Shown here piece after piece: positions 30,155 to 40,448 of a stretch of DNA of 64,000 nt. A model generated the notes under the pieces. That model did not search any database, was not told the origin of the DNA, and worked only from the letters and a program-made list of their open reading frames with translations. The translations under genes were made by a program, and so were the position numbers. Positions within the stretch are counted from its first letter, which is position 1; every line of letters starts with the position of its first letter. The DNA comes from an uncultured Gemmatimonadales bacterium (GTDB taxonomy: Bacteria > Gemmatimonadota > Gemmatimonadetes > Longimicrobiales > RSA9): the NCBI GenBank assembly GCA_963783305.1, contig CAWAMW010000007.1:352001-416000 (forward strand), in the 5' to 3' direction.

Positions 30155-32298
30155 CCACGAGACGGGCGGCCCGTGGAAATCGGCTTCGCCGGGCGCTTGG
30201 CGCGCTGCTGGCGGCCCTTCCTCTGGTGCCGGGGGTCGGCGTGCAGGCGCAGGAGGCGAGCACGCCCCAGTCCGCGGACTCCACCCTGGTGCTCGCGCAC
30301 CCCGAGCTGGTGGTGCGGGCACTGCGCGCACCGGTCGCGGCGGCCGAGCTTCCCTATGCGGTGACGGTCCGGCGGCCCGCGCTCGACGCGTCAAGCGCGG
30401 GCCTGAGCCTCGCCGGGGAGCTCCGAGCGGTTCCGGGGCTCCAGGTGCAGAGCCGGTACAACGACGCGCTGGGAGAGCGGATCGTCATGCGCGGCTTCGG
30501 AGCGCGGGCGCAGTTCGGAGTGCGGGGCATCCAGGTCCTGGTGGACGGGGTCCCCGCCACCATGCCGGACGGTCAGACCACGCTCAGCCACCTCGACCTC
30601 TCGTTGCTCGAGCGGGCGGAGGTCCTGCGCGGTCCCGCCGCGGCGGCGTACGGAAACGCGGCCGGCGGCGTGCTCCTGCTGAGCACCCGGCCTCCCCCCT
30701 CGGCGGGGTTGCGACAGGAGGTGGAGGTGGTCGGTGGAGAGGGTGACCTGTTCCGGCTCCGGTCCACCACGGCCGGGGGCGGGGGAGGCGCGGGCTGGAT
30801 CGTCTCGGCCACGCGGGAGCGGCGCGACGGGTACCGGCCGCACTCGGGCACCGAGCGCTACCAGGGGACCGGGCGACTGGACGCGTCCATGGCGGGTGGC
30901 TTCCTGCGGGTCGTAGCGCACGGGGTATCGTACGACGCGGACAATCCCGGCTCCCTCACGCTGGAGCAGTACTTGGCGGAGCCTCACCAGGCGCAGGGCT
31001 ACAACGTGGCGCAGCGGACGGGTGAAGAGGGGCTGCACGGCCAGGTGGGCGCCACGTGGGAGGCGGCCACGGGGATCGGCCAGCTGGAGGCCACGGCCTA
31101 TGCGGTGGCTCGCACCCTCGACAACCCGATTCCGCCCGCTTTCATCGACCTGGAGCGGCGGGTCGGTGGCGCCCGCGTCCTGCTGAGGAGCGGGGGCGGC
31201 GAGGGTCGGGCATCCACCGGTGGCACGGACGCGGACCGGCAGCCTGTGAGCTGGGCTGTCGGCCTGGAGGCCGCGGTGCAGAGGGACGACCGGCAGAATC
31301 ACGAGAACGTGGACGGGCGGCGCGGAACCCTCACTTTGGATCAGGGGGAGCGGGTGAGCAACGTCGCGGTGCACGGGCAGGCCCTGGTGCCGATCCTCCC
31401 CCCGCTCGGCGTGTTCCTGGGCGCGCGCTATGACCGGATCTCGTTTGCCGCAGACGACCACTTCACCGAAGCGGGCGATCCCGACGATTCGGGTCGGCGG
31501 ACGATGCACGCCGTGAGTCCGACCGCCGGGCTCCGGCTGGACGTCGCGCGGGGCGTGTCATTCTTCGGGAACGTCAGCACCGCGTTCGAGACGCCGACCA
31601 CCACCGAGCTGGTGAACCGCCCGGACGGGTCCGGCGGGTTCAATGCGGAGGTGGACCCTCAGCGAACGATCTCGTACGAGATCGGCACCCGCGCGGAGAT
31701 TGCGCCGATGTTTCGGTTCCAGGCGAGCGCCTATCACGCCCGCGTGACGGACGCGCTGATCCCCTTCGAGGTGGCCACGGCGCCGGGGCGGCAGTATTTC
31801 CGCAACGCCGGCGGGGCGGTACACGAGGGGCTCGAGCTGCTGGCGGAGGTACGCACGAGTGTGGTGGAGGTATTGGGCGCGGTGAGCTGGACGGAGGCCG
31901 GGTTCACCGCCTACGAGGAGGGTGGACGATCCTTCGATGGCAACGCGGTCCCGGGTGTACGCCCGTGGACGGTGGGGTTGGTGGCCAAAGCGCGACCGAC
32001 CGCAACGCTGAGGCTGGAGGTCGACTACGAAGGTACGGGCGCTATGGCGGTGGACGATGCCAACGAGTCCTGGGCGCCCGGCTACGACCTCGTGGGGGTG
32101 AGGGTGGCCGCCACGGGGATCTCCGTCGGCAGGGGGTCGCTCGCGCCGTACATCGGCGTGGGCAACCTCCTGGACGAGGTGTACGTGGCGTCGGTGGTGC
32201 CGAACGCGTTCGGCGGCCGGTTCTTCGAGCCCGGACCTGGTCGCAGCGTATACCTCGGGATGGAACTGGAAATCACCGTGAGGGGGGCCGGACAATGA
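30151..32298 (+). CDS. TonB-dependent receptor
   Basis: Signal peptide, plug motifs (VPGL, MRGFG, VLVDGVP, EVLRGPAAAAYGNAAGGV) and C-terminal NLLDEVY...PGRSVYLG. Confidence 0.92.
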   Translation: MTTRRAARGNRLRRALGALLAALPLVPGVGVQAQEASTPQSADSTLVLAHPELVVRALRAPVAAAELPYAVTVRRPALDASSAGLSLAGELRAVPGLQVQSRYNDALGERIVMRGFGARAQFGVRGIQVLVDGVPATMPDGQTTLSHLDLSLLERAEVLRGPAAAAYGNAAGGVLLLSTRPPPSAGLRQEVEVVGGEGDLFRLRSTTAGGGGGAGWIVSATRERRDGYRPHSGTERYQGTGRLDASMAGGFLRVVAHGVSYDADNPGSLTLEQYLAEPHQAQGYNVAQRTGEEGLHGQVGATWEAATGIGQLEATAYAVARTLDNPIPPAFIDLERRVGGARVLLRSGGGEGRASTGGTDADRQPVSWAVGLEAAVQRDDRQNHENVDGRRGTLTLDQGERVSNVAVHGQALVPILPPLGVFLGARYDRISFAADDHFTEAGDPDDSGRRTMHAVSPTAGLRLDVARGVSFFGNVSTAFETPTTTELVNRPDGSGGFNAEVDPQRTISYEIGTRAEIAPMFRFQASAYHARVTDALIPFEVATAPGRQYFRNAGGAVHEGLELLAEVRTSVVEVLGAVSWTEAGFTAYEEGGRSFDGNAVPGVRPWTVGLVAKARPTATLRLEVDYEGTGAMAVDDANESWAPGYDLVGVRVAATGISVGRGSLAPYIGVGNLLDEVYVASVVPNAFGGRFFEPGPGRSVYLGMELEITVRGAGQ

Positions 32299-32305
32299 GC
32301 TCATC

Positions 32306-32797
32306 ATGACTTTCTGGCCGGATGCCTGGGGTCCCATTCTCCTCCCCGAGGCGCCCATCGCGGAGCTGCTGGTCCGGGGCACGGCGATCTACGTCTTCCT
32401 CTACTTCCTCATGAGGGTCTCCGGACGGCGGCTGTTCTCTCGGCTCGCCATGTCGGATATCCTGGTCATGCTGCTCATCGCGGTGGCCGTGCGGGAAGGG
32501 ATGACGGGGGACCACTACGGAGTGGGCGACGCTGCGATCTCTGGGGCGACGATCCTCGGGTGGGACATGCTCGTGGACCGCCTGGCGTACCGATTCGAGT
32601 GGCTGCGCGGATCCCTCCGGCACCAGCCCGTGCCGATCATCCGCCATGGTCAGCTCATCGTGGAGAACGCCCGGGACAACCTGCTGACCCGGCCGGAGAT
32701 CATGGAGCGGGTTCGGGCGCAGGGCCTGAGCTCCCTCGACCAGGTGGAGGAGGGGTACCTGGAGCAGGATGGCACGTTCACCATCGTCCCGAAATGA
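32306..32797 (+). CDS. DUF421 (YetF/YcaP) membrane protein
   Basis: 3 TM, P.PIIRHGQ and YLEQDGTFTIV. Confidence 0.88.
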   Translation: MTFWPDAWGPILLPEAPIAELLVRGTAIYVFLYFLMRVSGRRLFSRLAMSDILVMLLIAVAVREGMTGDHYGVGDAAISGATILGWDMLVDRLAYRFEWLRGSLRHQPVPIIRHGQLIVENARDNLLTRPEIMERVRAQGLSSLDQVEEGYLEQDGTFTIVPK

Positions 32798-32809
32798 GCC
32801 CGCGCGGCC

Positions 32810-33682
32810 TCAGCGGTCGTTGGAGCTGCTCTTCACGTGACCGAACTTGAGGGTGGCCACGAACACGGCCCCCCCGATGGCGTTCCCCAGCACGGACCAG
32901 ATCAGGAACCGGCCGTAGTCGCCCAGGGTGGGCCCCGCGCCGGCAAATACGCCCATCAGGACTTCCAGTGTGCCGGCGATGGAGTGGTGCAGGTGACCGA
33001 AGGCGATGAGGAAGGTCGTGCTCCAGATGAAGAAGATCTGGCTGATGGTATCGCGGGCTGCCGCGGTCAGCCAGGCGAGCAGCCCCATGAGCCAGCCCGC
33101 GGCGATGGCGCTCATGAGGATCAGGCCGGAGGAGGGCTCCAGCAGCGGCCGCGCCATCTCGGCCAGCGCCGCCACCTCGATGATCCCGAGCCCGGTCCCG
33201 AGCACCACCACGAACGCGGAGAAGAGCGCCGCGCCGACGAGGTTGGCGACGAGCACCAGCCCCCACAGGCGCAGGAGCCGGACGGGGTGCACCCGCCGAG
33301 CGAGGATGGGCAGAACGGCGGAGGTGGTGTGCTCGGTGAAGAGCGCGGAGCGCCCCATGACGACGAAGATAAAGCCGATCGTATAGAGGTTGGCCAGGAC
33401 CAGTTCCTTCACCGGCTCGGACGCGACACCCGCCATCAGGGTCAGGGCGATGGCGATGGCGAGCGGCCCGAATCCGAGGTCCAACCCCGCCGTCAGCCCG
33501 GAGAGGAGAAGCGCTGAGGCCGGCCTGTCCAGCTCCTCCTCCGCCTGGAGCATCTCCTGCTCCAGCGTCGTGTGGTAGCTCTTCTGCGCCTCTTCCAGGG
33601 GATGGTCGCGGAGCAGGCCACGGTGCCGGTCATCCGAAGGCGGGATGTTGTCCCGCGTCTCACGTCGCGCTTCTGAGTCCAT
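32810..33682 (-). CDS. Formate/nitrite transporter family protein (YfdC-like)
   Basis: EELDRP, SGLTAGL, LFTEHT, ANLVG, HSIAG and LGNAIGG. Confidence 0.88.
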   Translation of the reverse strand: MDSEARRETRDNIPPSDDRHRGLLRDHPLEEAQKSYHTTLEQEMLQAEEELDRPASALLLSGLTAGLDLGFGPLAIAIALTLMAGVASEPVKELVLANLYTIGFIFVVMGRSALFTEHTTSAVLPILARRVHPVRLLRLWGLVLVANLVGAALFSAFVVVLGTGLGIIEVAALAEMARPLLEPSSGLILMSAIAAGWLMGLLAWLTAAARDTISQIFFIWSTTFLIAFGHLHHSIAGTLEVLMGVFAGAGPTLGDYGRFLIWSVLGNAIGGAVFVATLKFGHVKSSSNDR

Positions 33683-33720
33683 CAGATCCACCCTGGGCGG
33701 TCGAGGTGCGATCGTGGCCG

Positions 33721-33736
33721 GGCACACGGCGTGCCA
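33721..33736 (-). promoter_or_regulatory. Putative sigma54 (-24/-12) promoter of the FNT gene
   Basis: TGGCACGCCGTGTGCC against consensus TGGCACG-N4-TTGC, about 40 bp before the ATG. Confidence 0.6.
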
Positions 33737-33751
33737 ATGGCCGCGGGCCCC

Positions 33752-35011
33752 TCAGCGGAAGCGCGGGAACACCCCCGTCACGAGCCGCGCCCGGACTTCG
33801 TTCATGAAGGCCAGGGCGTCCAACGATCGGTCGGGTCCCGGGGCGCCATCGGTGTTGATCACGCCGATGGCGCCCGCGCCGCTCTCCGGGTCCACGTAGA
33901 AGAACGAGAGGTGGTTCCACTGTTGGCCGGCGTGTCCCACCAGGCGGCCGCCATCGTGCCGCGTGAGGAAGAAGGTGAGCCCGATCTCCTCGTGGGGCTC
34001 GCCCCACGCCGCGTCCTCGCCGACCGGCGCGACCGGCGTCCACATCTCCTCGAGCGACGCGCGCGCCAGGACCGGCGCATCCAGGGTACCACCGAGGAAG
34101 GCCAGGTAGCGAGCCAGGTCGTCGAGGGGCGCATTGAGGCCACTGTTCGACACGGTGATGCCGGGATCGAAGTCGGGCCCGAGCGCCACTGGTCGGCCGT
34201 CCTCGATGCGGTAGGCGTTGGAACGGTACGGCGCCAGGTGGGGAGGCGTGAGCCGGAAGTAGCTGTGGCGCATGTCCAGCGGGCGCAGGATCCGCTTTTC
34301 CACGTACGCCTCCCACGGCTCCCCGGAGACGATCTCGACAATGTGGGCGAGGAAGACGATGCCGGGGTTCGAGTACGCGAAGCGCGACCCCGGTTCGAAG
34401 AGCAGCGCCGTCCAGGGCATCATGGCGGCGATCTGGTCCCAGCGGGTGGGCTCGAACGGGTGCCAGGGCTGGTCACCGCCCCAGGGCCAGGTGGAGGATC
34501 GGAACCCGGCGGTGTGGCTGAGGAGTCGTCGGATCGTGACCTCCTCGATGGGCCCGAAGGGAGCGTGCACCTCGCGCAGCTCCGGGAGCCAGCGCACGGC
34601 GGGGTCGTCGAGTGAGAGCAGGCCGCGGTCCCTGAGCTGGAGGATGGCAATGCCCGTGAGCGTCTTCGTGTTGGAGGCCCAGTGGAAGATCGTCCGGTCC
34701 GTAACGGGAGCCTCGGCGGCGAGGTCGGCGTGGCCGTGAAGCTCGCGGGCGAGGACCTGTCCATCGCGGACGAGCCAGAGGCTGCCCCCCACAACGCCCC
34801 GTGCCGCCGCCGCCGTGTGGAAGAAATCGGCCACGTCTGCCCAGGCCGCACCGGCGTCTTCGGGGAGGCCGCGCGGGTCCTGCGCGTGAAGGTCGCCGGT
34901 CATTCCCGCAACGGTGCTCACGAGGCCGAGAACGAGGGCGGGCCCGCGGAGGACGGCGGGGCCCGGCCGGGAATGGAGAGTGGGGCTGTTTCCGTCATCG
35001 GTCTGTTCCAT
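33752..35011 (-). CDS. Serine hydrolase, beta-lactamase family
   Basis: FHWASNTK, LLSHTAG, YSN and GHAG. Start uncertain; the ORF-track extension is antisense to the ABC-F gene. Confidence 0.88.
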   Translation of the reverse strand: MEQTDDGNSPTLHSRPGPAVLRGPALVLGLVSTVAGMTGDLHAQDPRGLPEDAGAAWADVADFFHTAAAARGVVGGSLWLVRDGQVLARELHGHADLAAEAPVTDRTIFHWASNTKTLTGIAILQLRDRGLLSLDDPAVRWLPELREVHAPFGPIEEVTIRRLLSHTAGFRSSTWPWGGDQPWHPFEPTRWDQIAAMMPWTALLFEPGSRFAYSNPGIVFLAHIVEIVSGEPWEAYVEKRILRPLDMRHSYFRLTPPHLAPYRSNAYRIEDGRPVALGPDFDPGITVSNSGLNAPLDDLARYLAFLGGTLDAPVLARASLEEMWTPVAPVGEDAAWGEPHEEIGLTFFLTRHDGGRLVGHAGQQWNHLSFFYVDPESGAGAIGVINTDGAPGPDRSLDALAFMNEVRARLVTGVFPRFR

Positions 35012-35137
35012 GGTCGGTGCGTCAGGAGGTGTGCGCGGCCGGAGCAACGAGCCGTTCGGGAACCATGGGGCGCGGCGGCCACGCGCGCCAGCCGGCGCGG
35101 GTCCGACCGGCTCGACAATCGTGTTACCTTTTCGCCC

Positions 35138-37096
35138 ATGCCAGCCCTGACCGTCGACCGTCTCCGCAAGAGCTACGGCACCCGCGTGGTGTTCGATGGC
35201 GTCTCGTTCTCCATCGAGGAGGGCGAGAAGGTGGGGTTCATCGGCGTGAACGGCTCCGGCAAATCGACCCTGTTCCGGATCGTCGCGGGGGCGGAGGGCT
35301 CGGAAGACGGGTCGCTGGCGTTCCGTCGCGGATTGAGCGTGGGCTATCTCCCGCAGGAGCCGGCGTTCGAGGCCGGCGAAACGATCCTGAAGGCGGTAGC
35401 GGGAGGGCGTCCGGAGCTGCTTGGGGCCATTGGCGACTACCACGACGTAACGCTGGCGCTGGACGCCGGCTGCGCCACGGCCGGGGAGCTGGAGCGGCTG
35501 GTGGCATGGCAGGCGAAGGCGATGGAGCGGATCGAGGCGCTGGGCGGCTGGGACTACGAGCATCGACTTGAGTCGGTGCTGACGCGCCTGGACGTGGACG
35601 GGTGGGAGCGGTCCGTGGACGACCTGTCGGGCGGCGAGCGGAAGCGGGTAGCGCTGGCGCGCGTGCTCGTGCAGCAGCCCGGCCTCCTGCTGCTGGACGA
35701 GCCGACCAACCATCTCGATGCCGACACGACCGAATGGCTCGAGGACGCGCTCCTGGACTACCCGGGCGCGGTCATGCTCATCACCCACGACCGCTATTTC
35801 CTCGACCACGTCGTGACGCGGATGATCGAGGTGAGTCGGGCGGAGCTGGCGCCGTTCCCGGGCGGGTTCACGGAGTACCTGGAGGCGAAGGCGGAGCGCG
35901 AGGAGCGGCTGGCGGTGGCCGAGGAGAAACGGTCGAAGCTGATCGCGCAGGAGCTGGCGTGGGTGAAGCGGGCGCCGAAGGCCCGCACGGGGAAGCAGAA
36001 GGCGCGCATCCAGCGTCTCGAGAAGACTCGGGAGAAGCAGGAGGCGGAGCGTACGCCCGACCGGGATACGGTGGACCTCAAGTTCGGGCGGCCGCCGCGG
36101 CTCGGTCGGACCGTTCTGGACCTGGAGCACCTCGGGAAGTCATACGGCGACCAGACGCTGATCCGCGACTTCTCCACGCAGCTGCGTGGCGGGGAGCGGA
36201 TCGGCATTGTGGGCCCCAACGGTGCGGGCAAGACGACGCTCCTCCGCATGATCCTGGGTGAAGAATCGCCCGACGCTGGCACGGTGAAGCCGGGCGTGAA
36301 CACGGTCATGGCGTACTACGACCAGGCCCGCGCCGACCTCGATCCCGACGCTGACCTGCTGGAGACCGTGGCCGGCCACCAGGACTGGGTGGAGGTGGCG
36401 GGGCGGCAGGTCCACGTCCGCAGCTATCTGAACAGCTATCTCTTCCCGAACGAGATCCACGAGCAGAAGGTCCGGAGCCTCTCCGGGGGCGAGAAGAACC
36501 GGCTGCTGCTGGCCCGCCTCCTCCTCGAGGACGCCAATCTGCTCATCCTGGATGAGCCCACCAACGACCTCGACCTCTTCACGCTCCAGGTGCTCGAGGC
36601 CGCGCTGGTCGACTTCCCGGGCTGCGTGCTCGTGGTCACCCACGACCGCTACTTCCTGGACAAGGTCGCCACCGCGCTGTTCGTCTTCGAGGGTGACGGC
36701 CGGGTCCATCGCCACGAGGGTGGCTACGCCAGCTACCGCCGCCGGAAGGACGCGGCGGCGCGGGAGGCGGAGGCGCACAAGGCCGACGAGGCCGCGCGCG
36801 CCGCCGCTGCGCGCGCGGCCACAGCGCAGCAGGAGCGCGCACGGAAGGCGTCCGCCGATACGGATCGGCCCCGGCGGCTCACGTACCGGGAACAGCAGGA
36901 GCTGGCTGGAATGGAAACGGCCATCACCACCGCCGAAGCGGAGCGGGAGCGGCTCGAGAAGGCGCTCGCGGACCCCGCGCTGTACAGCGGGCCGCCCGAG
37001 GCGGTGGCCACCCTCAGTGCCGCGTTCGAGGTGGCGGGTCAGCGCGTGGAGCAGCTCTACGCTCGCTGGGCAGAGCTGGACCGTTCGGAGGGCTGA
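35138..37096 (+). CDS. uup: ABC-F family ATPase (Uup-like)
   Basis: Two ABC domains (GVNGSGKST/LSGGE/LDEPTNHLD and GPNGAGKTT/LSGGE/LDEPTNDLD), no TM, C-terminal coiled coil ending LYARWAEL. Confidence 0.92.
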   Translation: MPALTVDRLRKSYGTRVVFDGVSFSIEEGEKVGFIGVNGSGKSTLFRIVAGAEGSEDGSLAFRRGLSVGYLPQEPAFEAGETILKAVAGGRPELLGAIGDYHDVTLALDAGCATAGELERLVAWQAKAMERIEALGGWDYEHRLESVLTRLDVDGWERSVDDLSGGERKRVALARVLVQQPGLLLLDEPTNHLDADTTEWLEDALLDYPGAVMLITHDRYFLDHVVTRMIEVSRAELAPFPGGFTEYLEAKAEREERLAVAEEKRSKLIAQELAWVKRAPKARTGKQKARIQRLEKTREKQEAERTPDRDTVDLKFGRPPRLGRTVLDLEHLGKSYGDQTLIRDFSTQLRGGERIGIVGPNGAGKTTLLRMILGEESPDAGTVKPGVNTVMAYYDQARADLDPDADLLETVAGHQDWVEVAGRQVHVRSYLNSYLFPNEIHEQKVRSLSGGEKNRLLLARLLLEDANLLILDEPTNDLDLFTLQVLEAALVDFPGCVLVVTHDRYFLDKVATALFVFEGDGRVHRHEGGYASYRRRKDAAAREAEAHKADEAARAAAARAATAQQERARKASADTDRPRRLTYREQQELAGMETAITTAEAERERLEKALADPALYSGPPEAVATLSAAFEVAGQRVEQLYARWAELDRSEG

Positions 37097-37210
37097 GATC
37101 CAGCCTGGTGCCTGGCTCCCAGTTCTCGGCAGACGACAGAGGTATGCTCCGTGCATCGGCCCATCCACGCCCTCGCCATTCCACTCCAGCAGCGCAATAT
37201 GAGAGGATCC

Positions 37211-38470
37211 ATGTCCCTGTTCCAGCCCTTCCAGGCCATGGCCGTTCTGCTGTCATGCACGGCCTGCAACGCCGCGGCCAACGAGCAGCCTTCCGGGATC
37301 GCGAACGACACGCTGAACGGTCCGACGCAGGAATGCACCCCGCTTCAGACGGTGGAGCCGAACGCCCCCCAACAGAGTCCGGCGTTCGAGGGACAGACGC
37401 GGGCGTGTGAGGCGGAGTCGGGGGTGGCCTTCGAGGTGCAGGTGATCACGGATCGGCTCGTCCACCCGTGGGCGGTCGAGGCGCTGCCGGACGGTGACCT
37501 CCTGGTGACGGAGCGCCCCGGCCGCATGCGTGTGGTGACCCCCAGCGGGCAGGTGAGCGAGCCGATCGCGGGGCTGCCGGCTGTGGACGCAGAAGGGCAG
37601 GGCGGACTGCTAGACGTGGCACTGAGCCCCGATTTCAACTCCGACCGCACGGTCTTCTGGAGCTATGCGGAGCCCCGGGAAGGCGGCAACGGCACGGCGG
37701 TGGCCCGTGGCGTCCTTTCGGCGGACAGGAGCCGGATGGACGAGGTCCGTGTGATCTTCCGGGCCATGCCCACGTACGATGGCGCGGCCCATTTCGGATC
37801 GCGGCTCGCGTTCGGACCCGAGGGTCGACTCTACATCACCACCGGCGAGCGCTCCGACCGCGCCATGCGTGAGCACGCGCAACGGCTGGACGGTCACATG
37901 GGCAAGGTCATGCGCATCGACCCCAATGGCTCGATTCCCGAGGACAACCCGTTCGTGGGCAGAGAAGGTGCGGAGCCGGAGATCTTCGCTCTGGGGTTCC
38001 GGAACGTGGAGGCGGCCGCGTTCGACTCCGAGGGCCGACTCTGGACCATTGAGCACGGACCCCGGGGCGGTGATGAGCTCAACCTCGTGGAGGCGGGCGA
38101 GAACTACGGCTGGCCCATCCAGTCGTACGGGATCGAGTATTCCGGTCAGCCCATCGCGGGCGCGTCCACAAACCCCGATGGGTACCGTCAACCGGTTTAC
38201 TACTGGGACCCGGTGATCGCGCCGTCCGGCGCGCAGTGGTACACGGGCGACCTGTTCCCGGAGTGGCGCGGCAGTCTGTTCGTGGGCGCGCTGAAGGAGC
38301 AGCGGCTGGTGCGGCTGGAGGTCGAGGGCGGGCGAGTGACGGGCGAAGAGCACCTGCTCACGGATCTGGGGCAGCGGATCCGTGATGTGAGGCAGGGCCC
38401 GGCCGGCGCCCTCTACCTGGTAACAGACGAAGACCGGGGCAAGCTGTTGAAGCTCATCCCGCATGGGTAG
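37211..38470 (+). CDS. PQQ-dependent soluble sugar dehydrogenase (YliI/GSDH family)
   Basis: HPW, VTERPG, GQGGLLDV, HFGSR, GFRN, EHGPRGGDELN, NYGWP and RIRDV. Confidence 0.92.
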   Translation: MSLFQPFQAMAVLLSCTACNAAANEQPSGIANDTLNGPTQECTPLQTVEPNAPQQSPAFEGQTRACEAESGVAFEVQVITDRLVHPWAVEALPDGDLLVTERPGRMRVVTPSGQVSEPIAGLPAVDAEGQGGLLDVALSPDFNSDRTVFWSYAEPREGGNGTAVARGVLSADRSRMDEVRVIFRAMPTYDGAAHFGSRLAFGPEGRLYITTGERSDRAMREHAQRLDGHMGKVMRIDPNGSIPEDNPFVGREGAEPEIFALGFRNVEAAAFDSEGRLWTIEHGPRGGDELNLVEAGENYGWPIQSYGIEYSGQPIAGASTNPDGYRQPVYYWDPVIAPSGAQWYTGDLFPEWRGSLFVGALKEQRLVRLEVEGGRVTGEEHLLTDLGQRIRDVRQGPAGALYLVTDEDRGKLLKLIPHG

Positions 38471-38509
38471 CGGGACGAGCTTCGAAAGCCCGGCGACCGG
38501 CCCCGAGCG

Positions 38510-38887
38510 TTAGGGGGCCGTTACCCTGCGATCCTCTTCCTGCTCGAGTGCGCGGGTGCGGGCGATGGCTTCCTCGAGATCATCCGTGACGGCCACAATG
38601 CGGGCGATGGCGACATCCGGCTCCGCCGGCAGACTGTCGATCTCCCAGATCGCCTCCATCAGCGCGTGCCCGAGCTCCTCGTGCATGGCCAGTAGCTTGC
38701 CACAGGGGCTGGATCGGGCCAGCGCGAGCCGACGCGCCGCTGGCGTATGGGCCGTGCGAACCTCGAGTCCCGCCGTGGTGCAGCCGGGGCAGCAGCCGCC
38801 GCACTCGGGGCACTGAATCAGTCGAGCATCGACCGTGGCGCCGCACGTTCTACACGTGGTGACGGGGCGTGATCGTGTATCCTCCAT
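38510..38887 (-). CDS. Hypothetical protein with N-terminal Cys-rich zinc ribbon and C-terminal helical hairpin
   Basis: GGGAGGGAG RBS. CRTC...CPECGGCCPGC. Confidence 0.6.
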   Translation of the reverse strand: MEDTRSRPVTTCRTCGATVDARLIQCPECGGCCPGCTTAGLEVRTAHTPAARRLALARSSPCGKLLAMHEELGHALMEAIWEIDSLPAEPDVAIARIVAVTDDLEEAIARTRALEQEEDRRVTAP

Positions 38888-39099
38888 TGTACTCCCTCCC
38901 GTTTCCAATTCACTTCGCCGATAGAACGGTATCGGTTTCCACACCGCGCCGCAGTGGGGAAACAGACTATTTCGGCGGAGACGGGGTGTAGGGCTTTACC
39001 GGCCCGGTGTAGGGGATCGCACCCGCGGAGTGGAGTCTGGTGTCGGAGCCGGGTGACGCGCCGTGGGGTCCGGGGGCGCGGCCTTCCGGAGGCGCGACG

Positions 39100-40170
39100 T
39101 CAGGAATGGCCCGGAGTGGCCTCCATCTCTGCGCGAATCCGGGGTAGCCCGCCTGGATGGTGCTCCTGGACGTATTCGATCAGGCGCTCGCGCACCTCGC
39201 AGCGCAGGTCCCACGCCGCGCTCGCGTCGGCGGCGCTCATGAGGGCCCGGAGCTGGAGCGCGCGGTCTGTGGCATCGGTGACCACCAGTCCCCACGCCCG
39301 GCCGTCCCACTTCTCGCTGGCCTGAAGAAGCCGGTGGAGCTCCTGGCGCACCGCCTCCACGGGGACCGTGTAGTCCACGTAAAGGTACACCGTCCCGAGA
39401 ATCTCCGCGTCCGTCCGGGTCCAGTTCTGGAAGGGGTGCTCGATGAAGTGGTTGAGCGGAACGATCAGTCGGCGCTGATCCCAGATCTTGACGACCACGT
39501 ACGTGGCCGTGATCTCCTCGATCCGACCCCACTCGCCCTCTACGATCACCACGTCATCGATCCGGATCGGCTGAGCAATGGCGATCTGCACGCCCGCGAT
39601 CAGGTTCTGGAGGACCGGGCGGGCGGCGAAGCCGACCACGATCCCCGCCAGTCCCGCTGAGGCCAGCACGCTGGCACCCAGCTCACGCACCTGCGGGAAC
39701 GTCATGAGCATGACGCCGATGGTGACGATGACGATGAGGACCGCGAGCGTGCGACGGAGGACCCGCGCCTGCGTGTGGACCCGCCGCGCCTCGAGGTTGT
39801 CGCTCACATCGAGACGGTAGCGGAGCCCAAGGACGTCGTCGATGATGCGGCTCATGGAGATGATCAGCCAGGCCACTCCGGCGATGAGACCGAGCGCCAG
39901 CGCGTGCCTCAGGGCGAGGAACACGGTGGGGTGCAGGTAGGGGGTGACCACCGGGAACACCAGATGGATGGTGATCAGCGGGAGGATGAGGGCGGCCGGC
40001 CGCCTGGAGTAGGCCACGAACCAGTCGCCGATCTCGCCCTCGCCGCGCAGCGCGAGCCGTCGGCCCAGGGTGTAGAGGACCGCGTGCAGCAGCGCGCCCA
40101 CGGCGGCGGCCACGGCGATGATGAGCAGGGCGGTCAGGGTATGCCGGAGAACCAGCGCGTCTGCGGTCAT
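39100..40170 (-). CDS. mscS: Small-conductance mechanosensitive channel (MscS family)
   Basis: LASAGLAGIVVGFAA, NLIAG, PIRIDD, GRIEEI and FQNWT. Confidence 0.92.
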   Translation of the reverse strand: MTADALVLRHTLTALLIIAVAAAVGALLHAVLYTLGRRLALRGEGEIGDWFVAYSRRPAALILPLITIHLVFPVVTPYLHPTVFLALRHALALGLIAGVAWLIISMSRIIDDVLGLRYRLDVSDNLEARRVHTQARVLRRTLAVLIVIVTIGVMLMTFPQVRELGASVLASAGLAGIVVGFAARPVLQNLIAGVQIAIAQPIRIDDVVIVEGEWGRIEEITATYVVVKIWDQRRLIVPLNHFIEHPFQNWTRTDAEILGTVYLYVDYTVPVEAVRQELHRLLQASEKWDGRAWGLVVTDATDRALQLRALMSAADASAAWDLRCEVRERLIEYVQEHHPGGLPRIRAEMEATPGHS

Positions 40171-40448
40171 GGCTCGGGGGGTGGCTCAGGTGTGCGTGCG
40201 AATCGGCGGTAGACGCGGCTGGCCAGCGGCGTGAGAGCGATGGTGGCCGCGATGCGCAGGGGCTGCGTCAGCTTCGTCGCCAGATATGCTGCTGTGAACG
40301 TCCCGACGTTCCCCGCCACGCTGTCGGGGTGCCATCCGAAGTGGATGGCGGCCCAGGCTCCGAAGAGGACGGCGAAGAAGATGGTGAGGTAGACCACGAG
40401 AGCGACCGGCCCGTACTCCGTCAGGAGGCGCTGCAGGGTCTGCTTCAC
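40167..40448 (-). CDS. DUF1279/FAM210-like small membrane protein
   Basis: EYGPVALVVYL...AYLATKLTQPLRIAATIALTP. Overlapping stop/start with both neighbours. Confidence 0.7.
   Translation of the reverse strand: MKQTLQRLLTEYGPVALVVYLTIFFAVLFGAWAAIHFGWHPDSVAGNVGTFTAAYLATKLTQPLRIAATIALTPLASRVYRRFARTPEPPPEP

Noticed and set aside
26187..35011. Two beta-lactamase-family genes as antibiotic resistance determinants
   Set aside because: Motifs fit generic esterase/peptidase serine hydrolases, and there is no mobile context.
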